Shown here in pieces: positions 1 through 14,555 of a DNA stretch of 64,000 bases; the stretch's first letter is position 1; the number at the start of each line of letters is the position of its first letter. The notes under the pieces were generated by a model. That model was not told the origin of the DNA and made no database searches. It saw only the letters and a list, made by a program, of their open reading frames with translations. Origin of the DNA: Octopus vulgaris (taxonomy: Eukaryota); assembly GCA_951406725.2 (NCBI GenBank), contig OX597840.1, forward strand, positions 930,001-994,000, given 5' to 3'. Both the position numbers and the translations under genes were made by a program.

Positions 1-217
1 GTGGATTATGTACACTAATTATGGAATCATGTGTCTTGACACTGAATCAGATTTTAAGAGAAAACTTCAAAGTTGCATCACCTTGCTGTCGGTACTCTGT
101 ATATTTATGATGGTAGTTTTGACTTTAAGAGTCCCTTATAGCGTGAGGCATTTACGCGTAGTAATGCCATTCATATAATATATATATAATATGTACACCT
201 CCCATATATATATATGT

Positions 218-286
<69 letters not shown>

Positions 287-624
287 CCTATATACATTCA
301 TAATTTAAGTGTAGTAGGAAAAGCAATTTATATCTATTTATATATTCTCTCCTCATCATTAAGAGAATGTACATTTTTGTTTCCTATGAGTATGAATGTA
401 TGTATGTATGCATGTATATATACATACACACATAGATACATACATACAAACACATATATACATTTATATATATAAATATATATATATATGTATATATATA
501 TACATATATATACATTTACATTTGTATGTATGCTATTATATATATTTGCATGTATATATGCGTATACATAGGCACACACAGAAACGCACACACATGAATA
601 CATATATATATATATATTTATGTA

Positions 625-685
<61 letters not shown>

Positions 686-1433
686 TGTGCATATATATGT
701 AAACATATATATATATATATATATATGTTGCCTAATTACATACATCTATATATGTGTTGTTTTGGATGTGGTTGTGTCCATATACACATATTTATTTGTA
801 AAACTATACAAATACACATATCTGTGTACGTTTGTGTGTCTGTATATAGGTAGCGACACGTACACATGGAGAAACCTACACACTCCATAATACAAATGTC
901 ATCTTTCATGGACACATACACCCACAGGCAGCTTTGGTCATATACGCCATTACTTGTTTGACCTGAATGGCTGGGGCTCTGTTGTAACACCATCTATAAG
1001 CAAAACTCTATATCATAGTCTGCAGTCTCTGCGTTTCCCTTCATCATTAATTCAAAATGCATAACAGACAAAATTACGCCCGCCAATAATGACTATCACA
1101 TATGAAAATTCATCATCCAGACTTTCATGTTGTTGATCACTATTGTTTTTGTTCTTATGAATCGTGAAGAAAATATATTCAAATTCGTTGGCTAACTGAC
1201 GTCTTTATTGTTACATGACGTGTATGTGCGCTGTATAATATATACGCACACACAAACATGTATATATATATATACATATATACATATATATATACATATA
1301 TATATGTACACACAAATACATATATATAAAATATACAATTGTATGTATACGTATATATATGTATATATGTATATATATGTGTGTGTATATATATATGTAT
1401 ATATATATATATATGTATATATGTATATATATG

Positions 1434-1516
<83 letters not shown>

Positions 1517-1651
1517 GCGACCTCACTTTGTTTTAAAAGACTGAAGTATTTCTATGAGAATTTACACGCATCTCCTCATTGATATGTATGTATGTGTATA
1601 CATACATACATACACACACAATATATATATATATATATATATATACATATG

Positions 1652-1688
<37 letters not shown>

Positions 1689-1932
1689 GAATATATGTAT
1701 GCATGTACATATATATGTATATATATATATGTTTGTGTGTGTGTGTGTGCATATGTGTGTATGTGCTTCTGTATATTTAAGTATGTGTACATATTGATAT
1801 ATTTCTATATGTCTATCTATTTAGCTCTGTCTCTGTGTGTCTGTCTGTCTGTCTATCTATCTATCTCTCTATCTTGCTCACTATCTCTCTGCCTACCTAT
1901 CTCTCTCCCCCTCTCTCTCTATACATATATAC

Positions 1933-1986
<54 letters not shown>

Positions 1987-3048
1987 ACGCCATGTGACCA
2001 AATATAAACACTAATATATATATATATACGTTAGTGTATATAAATGTATGCATGTATTTATGTATGTATGTCTGAATATGTATACACAAGAACTGATTTC
2101 GTTTCTCATGTAGACCACTAATCTAGACAAAAATGATGATGGTCACTTGGTCGTTTGTAATAGATATGAATAATTCGCATAGCTTCAATTTACATAGAAG
2201 AAGGATAAAAAGTTGCATACTAAATTTAAAACTGCTATAATTTGACAGTTATTCTTACCGACACCATTTTCAAAGTTTGTGAGAGATTGTCATATACTCT
2301 GCGTGACAAAGTAAGATTTTGTATACTACAACTTTAACGCTGGTCAATATAAATACGTGTATTGTTGCTGATTGCTATAACTTCAACTTTTTAATCTTGG
2401 CTTAAAGTACGTATGATTGTCTGTAGCATATTTTATTCGTGCGCTGTGTTTGTTTTATGCATCAAATGGCAGACATTTTGGGAACAGCTTTCAAATATTT
2501 ACTCAGATACATCGAGCGGGAAATACACAATACTTTGACAGACTATACTAATGCATATTGCATGCATCTTGCATGCATTTTGCAACAAAAGGACAGCTTC
2601 TACGACCTACAATGCATCTTCATTGATTTTAATCAATAAACTTTTCGTGTAGGAGTATTTCGCAGCGTAAGGTCTTCTCGTGTTCGAATGCACCCTTACG
2701 TGCTAAATACGACATTATTAGAATGTACTTTATTGAAAGCTCCTTTGCGCTGTATTACTTACTTATTTCCAGCGTGAGAAAGTTTCAATCATATCTAGAA
2801 ATTATCTGCATTATATATTAATACGAAGTTTGTTCTTAACGCTCCGTGAAGTATGGGGTTAGAGTAAGTAAATAGAGAAGCGAAATGAGACTGAAACACA
2901 CCCGTGTTACGATCGATAGACGTCGTCATTCGCAAGACGATGTGTGTTTTCAGACATGTTTAGGAGGAGAATTTGTCGTAACTTTTTCCGCAGTGGGAGG
3001 CATTCGTCTTGTCCGACTGCACTTGGAACTGTTCGATATGATAACACG

Positions 3049-3126
<78 letters not shown>

Positions 3127-3127
<1 letters not shown>

Positions 3128-3297
3128 CGGTATTTCTTTTGCCGTTACGTTCTGAGTTCAAATTCCGTCGAGGTCGACTTTGCCTTTCATCCTTTCGGAG
3201 TCGATTAAATAAGTACCAGTTATGCACTGGGGTCGTTGTAATCTATGTAATCCCTTTGTTCTTCCTTGTTTGTCCCCTTGTGGCCAACAAAGAACTA
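3127..3297 (+). mobile_element. SINE family A, head-less single unit
   Basis: GCGGTATTTC...GTTCTGAGTTCAAATTCCGTCGAGGTCGACTTTGCCTTTCATCC matches the unit. Confidence 0.85.
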
Positions 3298-4317
3298 AAT
3301 ATAAAGAAATTTCAAATTTGAAACTATTAAATGAAACAACATTTCCTTCCTGAATCAGGAGAAATAGTTGGACATTTATGTCTGCAGAATGTAATCTGCA
3401 CAATTAGCTGTATGTATGTTTGGATTGGTACGAAGGAAAACCCGCAAAGAATTATTTCAATAATGCGAAAATATATTGATTTTTATAGAATTCAGTAAAA
3501 GATTCGTCGAAGAAATAGGGTCTTTTTAACCGAGGCGAAATTAAATAATGGATTTCTAAATTTAGACGCATTTATTCTTCAAAATCCTTTTAATAGCTAT
3601 ACCCCATTGCTATTTTCAGACTTTTCTTCATATACCACTGTTTCAATTATACAATTTTTTTTCAGGTTCTGTGGTTTTCTTTACATTTTTTTTTTCAATT
3701 TCTCCTTCTTTCACGTTTCCAATAAGGAAATATCCATATTAAACAATACATATTTGCAAATATTTTTCAAAATATCCTAAGCGTTTGTATAGTAGTCACC
3801 AGAAATTTTATGAAACTGTGTGGAATTTTCAGCTGGCGTTAATGTTTGTGTGCAAAATTCTACTGAGGTCATCGATCAATTTTACGTTTCAGAAAAAAAT
3901 AGCAAAGAAAGAAGAAATAGAGACAAAAAATACATATATATGTATAATATGAGAAAATAATATATATACTACGATACATATAAATATTTATATACAGATG
4001 TTTAGATAACACACACGCACATACGCACCCATGCACACACACACACACACACACGCACATAGATGTTTACATGTATATACATATATTTAAATGCACACAT
4101 GCATGTACAAATGCATATATATATATATATATATATATGGTATATATGTACACACCTATATATATACAAAGAAATATATATATATATATATATATTTATA
4201 AATAAATAAATGTATATATGCATATATACATAATCATATATATATATATATATATATATAATTATGTATATATATAAATGTATATATGCATATATACATA
4301 ATCATATATATATATAC

Positions 4318-4360
<43 letters not shown>

Positions 4361-4363
4361 TAT

Positions 4364-4397
<34 letters not shown>

Positions 4398-4729
4398 AAC
4401 CACTTGTACATATACATACGTACATACAGGTATATGCATACGAAATGACATAAATACGAAGGTGCTAATCAAATAAGTGAACAGTATTTCCTAATAAGGC
4501 GACTGTGTTTACACAGAAAATAATTAACAATAATGTCAAATAAATCAGTGTTAAAACATGTCTAGAGAGACTGTAACTAGAATAACATACGCAGACACAT
4601 ATATATTGACAGGCGCATATAATTATTTGTGTATGTTTTTGTGTGTCTGTGTACATACAGACACTGACACATATAAATCTAAATCTAAATGAATCACTTT
4701 AGTTGTTGTGTAGTTGGCATATATATATT

Positions 4730-5115
4730 TATTTTATTTTATTTTATTTTATCTAGTTTCAGCTCACGAGCTGTGGCCATGCTGGGGCACCGCCATTTGG
4801 TGTTGCTACATGATTTGATTTTACTTCACGAATGCTTTTTAGCAATTGCTATTTGGTGCATGAGAGAGTTCGATGCAGCTGCCCTCATCTGCATCTCCTG
4901 CCGTGAAGTTGGTTCATCTGGGACACCTGACAGGAAGAGATCCAGTTTTATTTTAAAGACATCTGCATCCACCCCATGCAGGTCTCTCAGATTCTTCGGG
5001 AGGATATTGAAGAGCTGTGGGCCTCTGAAGCCCAGGCTATCACAGTATCTTGTCCTACATTTTGATGGCAAATTTGGAGTCCTTGGCACTATGCAGTGGC
5101 ACCCAGTTCTAGTAT
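4730..5115 (-). mobile_element. 3' end of a CR1/L2-group LINE (ORF2 C-terminus plus 3' UTR), 5'-truncated
   Basis: ORF 4826..5089 reads DSLGFRGPQLFNILPKNLRDLHGVDADVFKIKLDLFLSGVPDEP...RAAASNSL, typical of a CR1/L2-like ORF2 C-terminus. It is followed by GGCGGTGCCCCAGCATGGCCACAGCTC and a (TAAAA)n tail. Confidence 0.75.
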
Positions 5116-5233
5116 TTGTGTTGTGCGTGTGTTTATGTGTGTGTATTGGGTAAACGGCTGCAATCCGTTAACTGTTAGCAACTTTTTACTCAACATGCAG
5201 GAACTAAATACCTATTTTGAATATCTTAAACTA

Positions 5234-5334
5234 CCACTGAAGAGAGTCGAATCTATGTAAAGATTCGACTCACAAATAATTCTGAATTTTATTCATTAAT
5301 TGTCTGAAGGTCTGAAACCGAAACAGCTGTAAGG
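5234..5334 (+). ncRNA. Hammerhead-ribozyme-like motif with a large multi-hairpin insert
   Basis: CTGAAGA 5237-5243; perfect 11-bp hairpin GAGTCGAATCT/AGATTCGACTC 5244-5271; GGT/ACC stem before GAAA 5320-5323; palindromic stem III ACAGCTGT; GTA triplet. Stem I is weak. Confidence 0.5.
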
Positions 5335-5439
5335 GATCTTTGTCAATATTAAAAATTAAATAATAAATATATTTGACGATTCCTTTAACCTCTTTGCTCA
5401 CAACATTCATGTTATTTGGTACGGTTACATCAATGATCT

Positions 5440-6072
5440 GAAAGTATTTGTCTCTTATTCACTATGACAATATCCGGTCGACAGTCCGGATAATCATAGT
5501 CCCAAAGTATCGTTACTTTTCCATCCTCCGGCATAACTTTGCTTGGTACATGCTTGTACCAGTTCTCTGTTACTTCATATTGGTATTTACAGTATAAGAG
5601 CCACATTTTATTATGGCGGCACTTGTATTCTTTTTGTGCAAGTCTCTCACATCCACTTAACAAGTGGGTCACATTTTCCACACTCTACCCAGAGAGTCTG
5701 CATTTCTTGGTGTCAGAAGTTTTATAGATATTATACTTCACTGAATTGGTAGCGAGAGCCCGGTCTTGTGCAGTTATTCTTACCGACATCATTTTCAAAG
5801 TTTGTGAGAGATTGTCATATACTCTGCGTGACAAAGTAAGATTTTGTATACTACAACTTTAACGCTGGTCAATATAAATACGTGTATTGTTGCTGATTGG
5901 TATAACTTCAACTTTTTAATCTTGGCTTAAAGTACGTATGATTCTCTGTTGCATATTTTATTCTTGCAGACATTTTGGGAACAGTTTTCAAATATTTACT
6001 TATGATGGTAGCTTTGACTTTAAGAGTCCCTTATAGCGCGAGGCATCTACATGTAGAGATGCCGTTCATATA

Positions 6073-6136
<64 letters not shown>

Positions 6137-6158
6137 TACAGGTGAATGTACACCTCCC

Positions 6159-6196
<38 letters not shown>

Positions 6197-6720
6197 CTAT
6201 ATACATTCATGATTTAAGTGTAGCAGGAAAAGCAATTTATGTATATTTATATATTCTCTCCTCATCATTAAGAGAATGTAATTTTTCTTTCCTATGAGTA
6301 TGTATGCATATGATCGTATGTTTAAATTCACTCTCATACGATCAGGCTTTCAGTGGCACATTTCAAATCACCTCGCTCAAGCCATGCCCATTATGATCTA
6401 TTATCCTTAACGTCGTGTGTATTCCTTTCAAACTGTCCATGCATTCTTCTTTCAAGAAGGTCTTCTTTTCTCTTATCTTTGATTAAACTCTTCCTTGCTC
6501 ATCATTTCTTCTGCATTTACACCCATATCTTTTACGGCATATTACAGCAGGACTTCATCAATATTTTTCAAATACTCGGCAAGCGTTCGCCTTTCACTCC
6601 TCATACAATGGTCTATACTAATCAGTCCTCTGCCACCATTCTTTCTTTTCATATACAGTCTGTTTACGTTTGCAGTTAAGACTTAATGCTATCTTTTGCG
6701 CTCCCTGCATGTATGGTAAT
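5440..6720 (-). mobile_element. Degenerate R4/Dong-type RLE non-LTR retrotransposon fragment, interrupted by an insertion at ~5771-6335
   Basis: Minus-strand translation gives NVNRLYMKRKNGGRGLI, MHGQF, WLERGDLKCATESLIV | AQDRALATN, the CCHC region ENVTHLLSGCERLAQKEYKCRHNK, and WDY...RPDIVIV. Stops and frameshifts are present. Confidence 0.85.
5771..6309 (+). repeat. Chimeric local duplication: a copy of 2246-2503 fused to a copy of ~105-410
   Basis: 5771-6000 matches 2246-2503 (few substitutions, one ~30-bp deletion). 6000-6309 matches ~105-410 apart from microsatellite length. Confidence 0.9.
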
Positions 6721-6924
6721 CCAGGGACCATTCTCAACAAATTTTTTTGTTCCTTTACTGGTCATTTCATGTGCTTCCACAATCATTGGTTTTGTAAACG
6801 TCTTGAGGGTAGGAGAAAGAAAGAACAGCTTGGTGAATAGACCAAATTCTACAGGTGTGTAAATGCATTCGGAAGATGGTAAGGACAAACAGCAGTGAGG
6901 CATTCCTGTGCGATAGGGAGACAA

Positions 6925-7121
6925 AATAATAACAATAATAATAATAATAAGAAGAACAACATCAACAACAATAATAAAAATAATAATAATAATATATATT
7001 ATTATTATTATTACTATTATTATTATTATTATTATTAATATTGTTATTATTATTGTTATTATTATTGTTATTGTTATTATTATTATTATTATTATTGTTA
7101 TTATTATCATTATTATTATTA

Positions 7122-7159
<38 letters not shown>

Positions 7160-7241
7160 GTTATCATTATCATTATTATTATTATTGTTATTATTATTAT
7201 TATTATTATTATCATCATTATTATTGTTATTATTATCATAA

Positions 7242-7322
<81 letters not shown>
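6925..7322. repeat. (ATT/AAT)n trinucleotide microsatellite
   Basis: Directly visible; source of the poly-I/N/L ORFs. Confidence 0.98.
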
Positions 7323-7323
<1 letters not shown>

Positions 7324-7379
7324 GCATACACTCACATACAAGAACACGTGTTCGCAACTGTGCGTACATATCCGTATCA

Positions 7380-7720
7380 GGAGAGATCTTTTGTATGTGT
7401 ACGTTTAGGTGACATTTGATACTTGAAACCTTAGTTTCAACACTTTGCGGATTCCTACGATTGTAATTGCTTATTTTTTCTTTAAAACCGAATATAACTG
7501 TAATAAATCCCCAAGTGGTGTTGTATGGTATAAGATATACCCTTATGAACATGTCCTCCAGTTATGCTTACTACTCACTAATCGAAGTTATCTCCCTTGG
7601 TGCATTTCCGTCAATCCGTTCAAACAACCTATAAAATTGTTGTAGTCTATTTGTACTATAGTCTATTTATTATGTATCCAGTTATTTTCTCTGTGGTATA
7701 AAAGATGAGTAAATGCTGTG
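7380..7720 (-). mobile_element. Possible highly degenerate piggyBac-like transposase relic
   Basis: Short minus-strand peptides LLIFYTTEKITGYII and GIRKVLKLRFQ/SIKCHL loosely recall DDE_Tnp_1_7 motifs. Multiple frameshifts; weak. Confidence 0.25.
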
Positions 7721-8145
7721 CTAATGACGCTGATTATGGCAGAATCAACACTCCGCAACCGAGCAATTTTTGTTTACAAATAATCAGCTTCATATCCTTC
7801 GTGCCGTCACTGTGTTTAGAAAGCTTTTTATTCTTGTGGCTATCTACCCTTAGCATTTGCAATTGGTCCCAAACGTAAGCAACCTTCTTTAGAAGTAGGA
7901 GATATTTCCATAAACGTAGAATTTAACGTGTAAGTAATTTAATTAACTGTTGTTCGCCTTTACTGCGTGTATGCGTTTATGTGCAAGCGTGTGGGTATAC
8001 ATACATACATGTGTCTCTCACTCTGTGTATACCTGTGCATGCATATATATATATATATATATAATAAGTATAGGAAACAATGGAGCTGAGCGAAGATTTA
8101 ACAAAATTCCTTTATTTTATTTTCGACATATGTTTATCTACTTAA

Positions 8146-8177
<32 letters not shown>

Positions 8178-8369
8178 GTTATACCTTGGTTGTGTTCGTG
8201 GGAATCACTTAGCCATGTCTACCAGAGCGACCCATAAAACCAACCATGTTGTTGTACTCCGTGAATGTAGACGAGTAATGAGCCGATATGCAAACTGGGA
8301 AATGTGTTTCGCATTTTTCAATTGAATAAATATATTGCAAAATATCAGTCTCTTTAAGAATTTTATTGC

Positions 8370-8960
<591 letters not shown>

Positions 8961-9102
8961 CTGTCTTCCTACCTACTTACCTGCCTACCTACGTACAGTC
9001 CTATCAATCAATATATCTATCTATTTACACATATTACTTTTAACTTTTATCGTTTACTTATTTCAGCCAGAAGGCTGCGGCTATGATTATGGGGCACCTC
9101 CT

Positions 9103-9140
<38 letters not shown>

Positions 9141-10310
9141 TACGTATATGTAAATATATATATATGTATACGTTTATATCTACATATGTATATATATGTG
9201 TGTATATATATATATATCTCTTTCTCTCTCTCCATATATATATACATACATATGTGTACTTACATATATACATAAGCACACTTATATATATACTTATGTA
9301 TATGTGTGTGTCTATATACTGTGTGTTTGTGTGTGTACATTAAATACATGCACCTGATATTTAGTTAGATACTAATTTTTCTGTCTATCGCATCTTCCTT
9401 CAGTTCTCTCCGTCTCTCTCCTTCTCTCTACCCGCCTCTCTATACCTATACACACACAGACATATTTGCATACAACAGTAAAAGTATGCCTGCGTGTGCG
9501 CATGCTCGCGTAGTTCTGTGCATGTGTGTACATGCGTCTAATTTTCGACGATATTGATACCGAGGACCATTACGAAATTAAATTTACCACAAAATGTTTC
9601 CCGTTCTTCATCCATTTACCATTTAGTAAGGCAACAACAAAAAAAGAAAACCAAAATAAAAACGAAACAAAAGAACGAATACAAATAAATAAAATACAAA
9701 ATGGCGCACAGATTCTCAAGTGGTTTTAGACAGAGACGAATTTTTATTTTGTTATTTCTTGTTTGGAAATGTGTAGCCTCTGGGTAATGGTTTTGATCGT
9801 GCCGACCTACATTAAAATTTGTTTCATCAATGGACATACCAATTTACTTGTTGGTTTCCTATTTTTCTTTCTTTGTTTTTTTCCACATGTAGACATAGTC
9901 GCAGGCATGACTGTCTGCTTAGTATTAGTAAATTTTGATTTTATCGTATGGGGCGCCGTTGATTCGTTCGATTAATTTAAACATGGTGTTGCCCATATCT
10001 CAACAGCGATGCCTGTGAAACTTTTTCGTCAAATACCTCTCATCGATTTTCTCCCTCAGATAAAGTGATAACCAACAAGGAAACAATAAACATGTGTCCC
10101 ACTATGAACAAAAAAAGTTGCTACCGTACTATTCCTTATCTCTCATTTTCTTTCTCTCTGTGAATATATATATATATAATATAATAATAAGGCTAAATAA
10201 TTTCTATAATGGTTTTTAAAAAAAGACCACAATTATTTACTGGTAGAATTCGGTATGTAAATATAGCCGATTACCGGCAGGAACTTCTGTAAAGTTCAGT
10301 ATATATACTG

Positions 10311-10498
10311 TATATAAGAAAAAGGGACAGGCAACATGTTGCTTGACCGCATACCGAAAAAGTAGAAATAGCAGTCAAGAATGCTTATTTCTATTTTCCA
10401 CAAGTGGGGCTCCAGGCACGACAAACCCTGTAATTCACATATGCAAAACAGAAGGAATAGCTATCGGTATGCGGTTGCCTGTCCCTTTTTCTTATATA
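10311..10498. mobile_element. MITE-like or fold-back element with terminal inverted repeats in TA context
   Basis: TATATAAGAAAAAGGGACAGGCAAC ... GTTGCCTGTCCCTTTTTCTTATATA, plus inner ACCGCATACCGA/TCGGTATGCGGT. Confidence 0.75.
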
Positions 10499-10534
10499 TA
10501 TATATATATATATATACTATTAATATAGAATGAA

Positions 10535-10594
<60 letters not shown>

Positions 10595-10705
10595 TATTAA
10601 TATAGGATGAAATAAAGAACTTTTTCTAAAACTCTCTTGACTAGTTTCCCGATTTCAGCACGACTTGTATATTTATAGTGAGTGTATAATGATATGTGGA
10701 AATTG

Positions 10706-11086
10706 TGGAGGCGCAATGGCCCAGTGGTTAGGGCAGCGGACTCGCGGTCGTAGGATCGCGGTTTCGATTCTCAGACCGGGCGTTGTGAGTGTTTATTGAG
10801 CTAAAACACCTAAAGCTCCACGAGGCTCCGGCAGGGATGGTGGTGATCCCTGCTGTACTCTTTCACCACAACTTTCTCTTACTTCCTGTTTCTGTTTTAC
10901 CTGTATTTCAAAGGGCCGGCCTTGTCACTCTCTGTGTCACGCTGAATATCCCCGAGAACTACGTTAAGGGTGCACGTGTCTGTGGAGTGCTCAGCCACTT
11001 ACACGTTAATTTCACGCGCAGGCTGTTCTGTTGATCGGATCAACCGGAACACTCATCGTCGTAACCGACGGAGTGCTTCCCAAAAA
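10706..11086 (+). mobile_element. SINE family B, tRNA-headed (resembles octopus OR-type SINEs), full length
   Basis: A box TGGCCCAGTGG, B-box-like GGTTTCGATTC; 12-bp TSD ATGTGGAAATTG at 10694-10705 and 11087-11098; near-identical copy at 47984-48369. Confidence 0.9.
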
Positions 11087-11165
11087 ATGTGGAAATTGAC
11101 GACTTAAAGTCTGTTATCAGCCTATTGGCATAGAAATATTTTTTCTTTTGCCCTTGTTTATAAGT

Positions 11166-11249
<84 letters not shown>

Positions 11250-11250
<1 letters not shown>

Positions 11251-11415
11251 TCTTTTACTCTTTTACTTGTTTCAGTCATTTGACTGTGGCCATGCTGAAG
11301 CACCGCCTGTTAGTCGAGCAAGTCGACCGCAGGACTTATTCTTTATAAGCCTAGTACTTATTTTATCGGTTTCTTTTGCCAAACCGCTAAGTTACAGGGT
11401 TGTAAACACATCAGC
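11250..11415 (-). mobile_element. SINE family C, 3' half
   Basis: Matches the tail module ...GGCGGTGC(T)TCAGCATGGCCACAGTCAAATGACTGAAACAAGTAAAAGAG. Confidence 0.85.
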
Positions 11416-11550
11416 GATCTTTCCAAATCGGTGGCAGGTCTCACGCCATATTCGATATAAGCATTATGATCGTTATACATCGAAACCAGCAGGATGTCCA
11501 TTATCTATATCTATATCACTATATCTATCCATCTATCCATCCATCTATCC

Positions 11551-11663
<113 letters not shown>

Positions 11664-12282
11664 CTTATAGATATTTAAAATACAGTGAAGTTATTTCAAG
11701 AGGCATGTATACTCATAAAGGCAGGTTTCCGGGTCCGTCGGAGGATTAGTCGTTTCTCTGACCTAATTCAGGAATCGGAACCACAATAATACCGTCATAA
11801 ATCCAACATCCTAATATCTAAGCGATACGCCTCTTCTAATTTTATTTTGAGGTAATAAATATTTTTCTTATGAAAATTAGTATTCATCTCTTCATTTTGT
11901 ACAAGAGTCAAGAAATTTGATGAAGGTTAAATAAAAATTATTTTACGTATGATATATTTTACTCATGGTGGCGAAAGCATACTTCAAAACTTACCTGTCA
12001 TATGAGAATAGAATAATAAACACTTAAAGTTGGAAATCGATAAATTAGAATATAGCTTCAACTCTTATAAATTTGGAGGTTTACCTGTGGCCATCGAGGT
12101 TCTGATTTCGAATTTTTCCTGAGGTTGATGGCCATCACATATCCATGGAACAAAAGCAAAATAATATACTTAATTTGTGCATTGAAATAACAAAAAATAT
12201 AAAAGTTACATGGATTGGAATTAGAGAGATAAAAGACTAAATAAACCATTTCAAGGCATAAATATTTGTTCAAAGGAATTCT

Positions 12283-12391
12283 TGTGTGGTTAAGAAGCCC
12301 ATATTGAAATTACAAGGTTCCCAGTTCAGTTCCAGATTGTGGACGTTTGTTGTACTGAGACCTTGTGAGTGAATTTGGTAGACGGAAACTG
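12283..12391 (+). mobile_element. SINE family C, degenerate 5' part
   Basis: TGTGTGGTTAAGAAG...GTTCAGTTCC...CCTTGTGAGTGAATTTGGTAGACGGAAACTG matches the family C head and body. Confidence 0.65.
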
Positions 12392-12739
12392 GTTTCGTAG
12401 GGGCTATCATCAGGACCTGAAGGCTGAGGATGTACAACGGTTGGTCGTAAACTCCTTTCTAAGGCAGGGTATATCAATCATTTAAAGTCCCTTGAAAGTT
12501 TAGCTGTATACAACGTTCTTTCTCAAACACCTGGTGATTGTACGTATATAGCATGTAAAAGGGCCTGCAATTGAGTTTCGGGGTCTGATGAGACATGTGG
12601 CAGTTCACAGAGATCATATATCATATTCGGCAGAAGCTTGAACGTTCGTTTAGAACGTTGTCAGCCATTATAGACATGGAGGCTCTCAGAGACGACAATC
12701 ATGTGTGAGAATGAAGCAATCACCACACACACACACATT

Positions 12740-12894
<155 letters not shown>

Positions 12895-12976
12895 ATATTT
12901 ATATATATATATATATATATCTCCACATATGCCTTCTCAGATGACTATTCAGTGTGCAAGATTTGAAACTCGGAGA

Positions 12977-13190
12977 GAGGGGTGGGGCTGAAAAGTTCCT
13001 GCTTGTAAGGGTACCGTGAAAGGCATAGTTGGAGGCCCAAAGGTCCAAGTTCTTTAAAAATCTTTAGTAAAAAAGGACCGCTGCAATAAGTATATGAATC
13101 TGAAAGGGGAATATGTTCAATAAAATCACAATTAACTGAGCCTCCTGTTTTTTTTCTTTACCCAGAGCCAGGAAACTTGCAGCATCCCCT
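12977..13190 (+). mobile_element. mariner internal-deletion derivative
   Basis: Imperfect TIRs GAGGGG..GCTGAAAAGTTCCTG / CCAGGAAACTTGCAGCATCCCCT; internal DRCNKYMNLKGEYVQ* matches the mariner transposase C-terminus (RWxKCxxxxGxYVE). Confidence 0.75.
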
Positions 13191-13265
13191 TATAGGTAAG
13201 ACACGGAAGCTGTAACTTCCCTTGGAGAGATCGCATCACCTTCTGCGTCACGATATTAATATACT

Positions 13266-13868
13266 AAGGCGGCGAGCCGGCAGAAACGTTAGCACGCCGG
13301 GCGAAATGCTTAGCGGTATTTCGTCTGCCAGTGCGTTCTGAGTTCAAATTCCACCGAGGTCGACTTTGCCTTTCATCCTTTCGGGGTCGATTAAATAAGT
13401 ACCAGTTACGCACTGGGGTCGATATAATCGACTTAATACCTATGTCTGTCCATGTTTGTCTCCTCTATATTTAGCCCCTTGTGGGTAATAAAGAAATAGG
13501 TATTTCGTCTGCCGTTGCGTTCTGAGTTCAAATTCCGCCGAGATCGACTTTGCCTTTCATCCTTTCGGGGTCGATAGATTAAGTACCAGTTAAGCACTGG
13601 GGTCGATATAATCGACTTAATACCTATGTCTGTCCTTGTTTGTCCCCTCTGTGTTTATCCCCTTGTGGGTAATAAAGAAATAGGTATTTCGTCTGCCGTT
13701 GCGTTCTGAGTTCAAATTCCGCCGACGTCGACTTTGCCTTTCATCCTTTCGGGGTCGATTAAATAAGTACCAGTTAAGCCCTGGGGGGTCGATGTAATCG
13801 ACTTAATCTGTGTGCCTGTCCTTGTTTATCCCTTCTGTGTTTAGCTCCTTGTGGGCAGTAAAGAAATA
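13266..13868 (+). mobile_element. SINE family A: one tRNA-like head plus 3 tandem ~184-bp body units
   Basis: Head GGCGGCGAGCCGGCAGAAACGTTAGC; units start ~13316, 13500, 13684; B box GAGTTCAAATT; 14-bp TSD GATATTAATATACT at 13252-13265 and 13869-13882. Confidence 0.92.
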
Positions 13869-14444
13869 GATATTAATATACTGCTGTATGTCTCTTCAGA
13901 TCCGTAATATACTTGCAAACCCTTTAATAAACTGTGTGCTTCGGTTTGCCCTGCCCTTCATCGCTTGGTTGTTTACCTACTCGTAGCATAGCGGTTTAGC
14001 AAAGGAGGTCCCGAAAGTAAGTACAAGATTAAGTTAAAAAATCAAACAAAAAAAAACAAAACACTCCAAGTGCTTGGGGCGATTTATTCGACAATAACAC
14101 TTCCAGTTGGTGCTCCCAAATGGCTGCAGTCCAATTACAGGAACAACTAAAAAAAAATTAAAGAACAGCAATCCATAAAAAAAAAACAGAGATGATAAAT
14201 AAACGGCTTGAGAGAATGATAGCACTGGTGAAGAAGAATAGAGGAATGGAGGAATAGGTTGACAGAGGTGTGGATAGAGATATGCAAATGGTTGGATAGC
14301 GAGGTAAATAGGTAAATCCGTTAAAAGATCATATAAACGAAAATGCTTGGAAACGATATCGATAGAAGCATAGAAACAGATTATATATATCAGAAATGTA
14401 GTGCAAAAGCCACCAAGGGGAAAGAGTTAAAAAAACTCGTGCAT

Positions 14445-14555
<111 letters not shown>

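Noticed and set aside
880-1060. Possible Penelope RT relic on the minus strand (IDGVTT..., KDDIC)
   Set aside because: Only loose resemblance to DGxxMGSP and YVDD. It would need a significant tblastn/HMM hit to PLE RT.
8271-8312. Decayed hammerhead-like string CGA-GTAATGA-GCC...GG-GAAATGTGTT-TCG
   Set aside because: Two core substitutions and a broken stem II; cannot be separated from chance by eye.
10706-10780. tRNA gene candidates at SINE heads (also 13266, 28319, 48300, 62833)
   Set aside because: Imperfect cloverleafs continuing into SINE bodies, several with TSDs.
12388-12417. Minus-strand CTGATGA-TAG-CCC-CTA-C-GAAACC
   Set aside because: Core present, but stem I and stem III partners are missing (fused to a SINE); incomplete.
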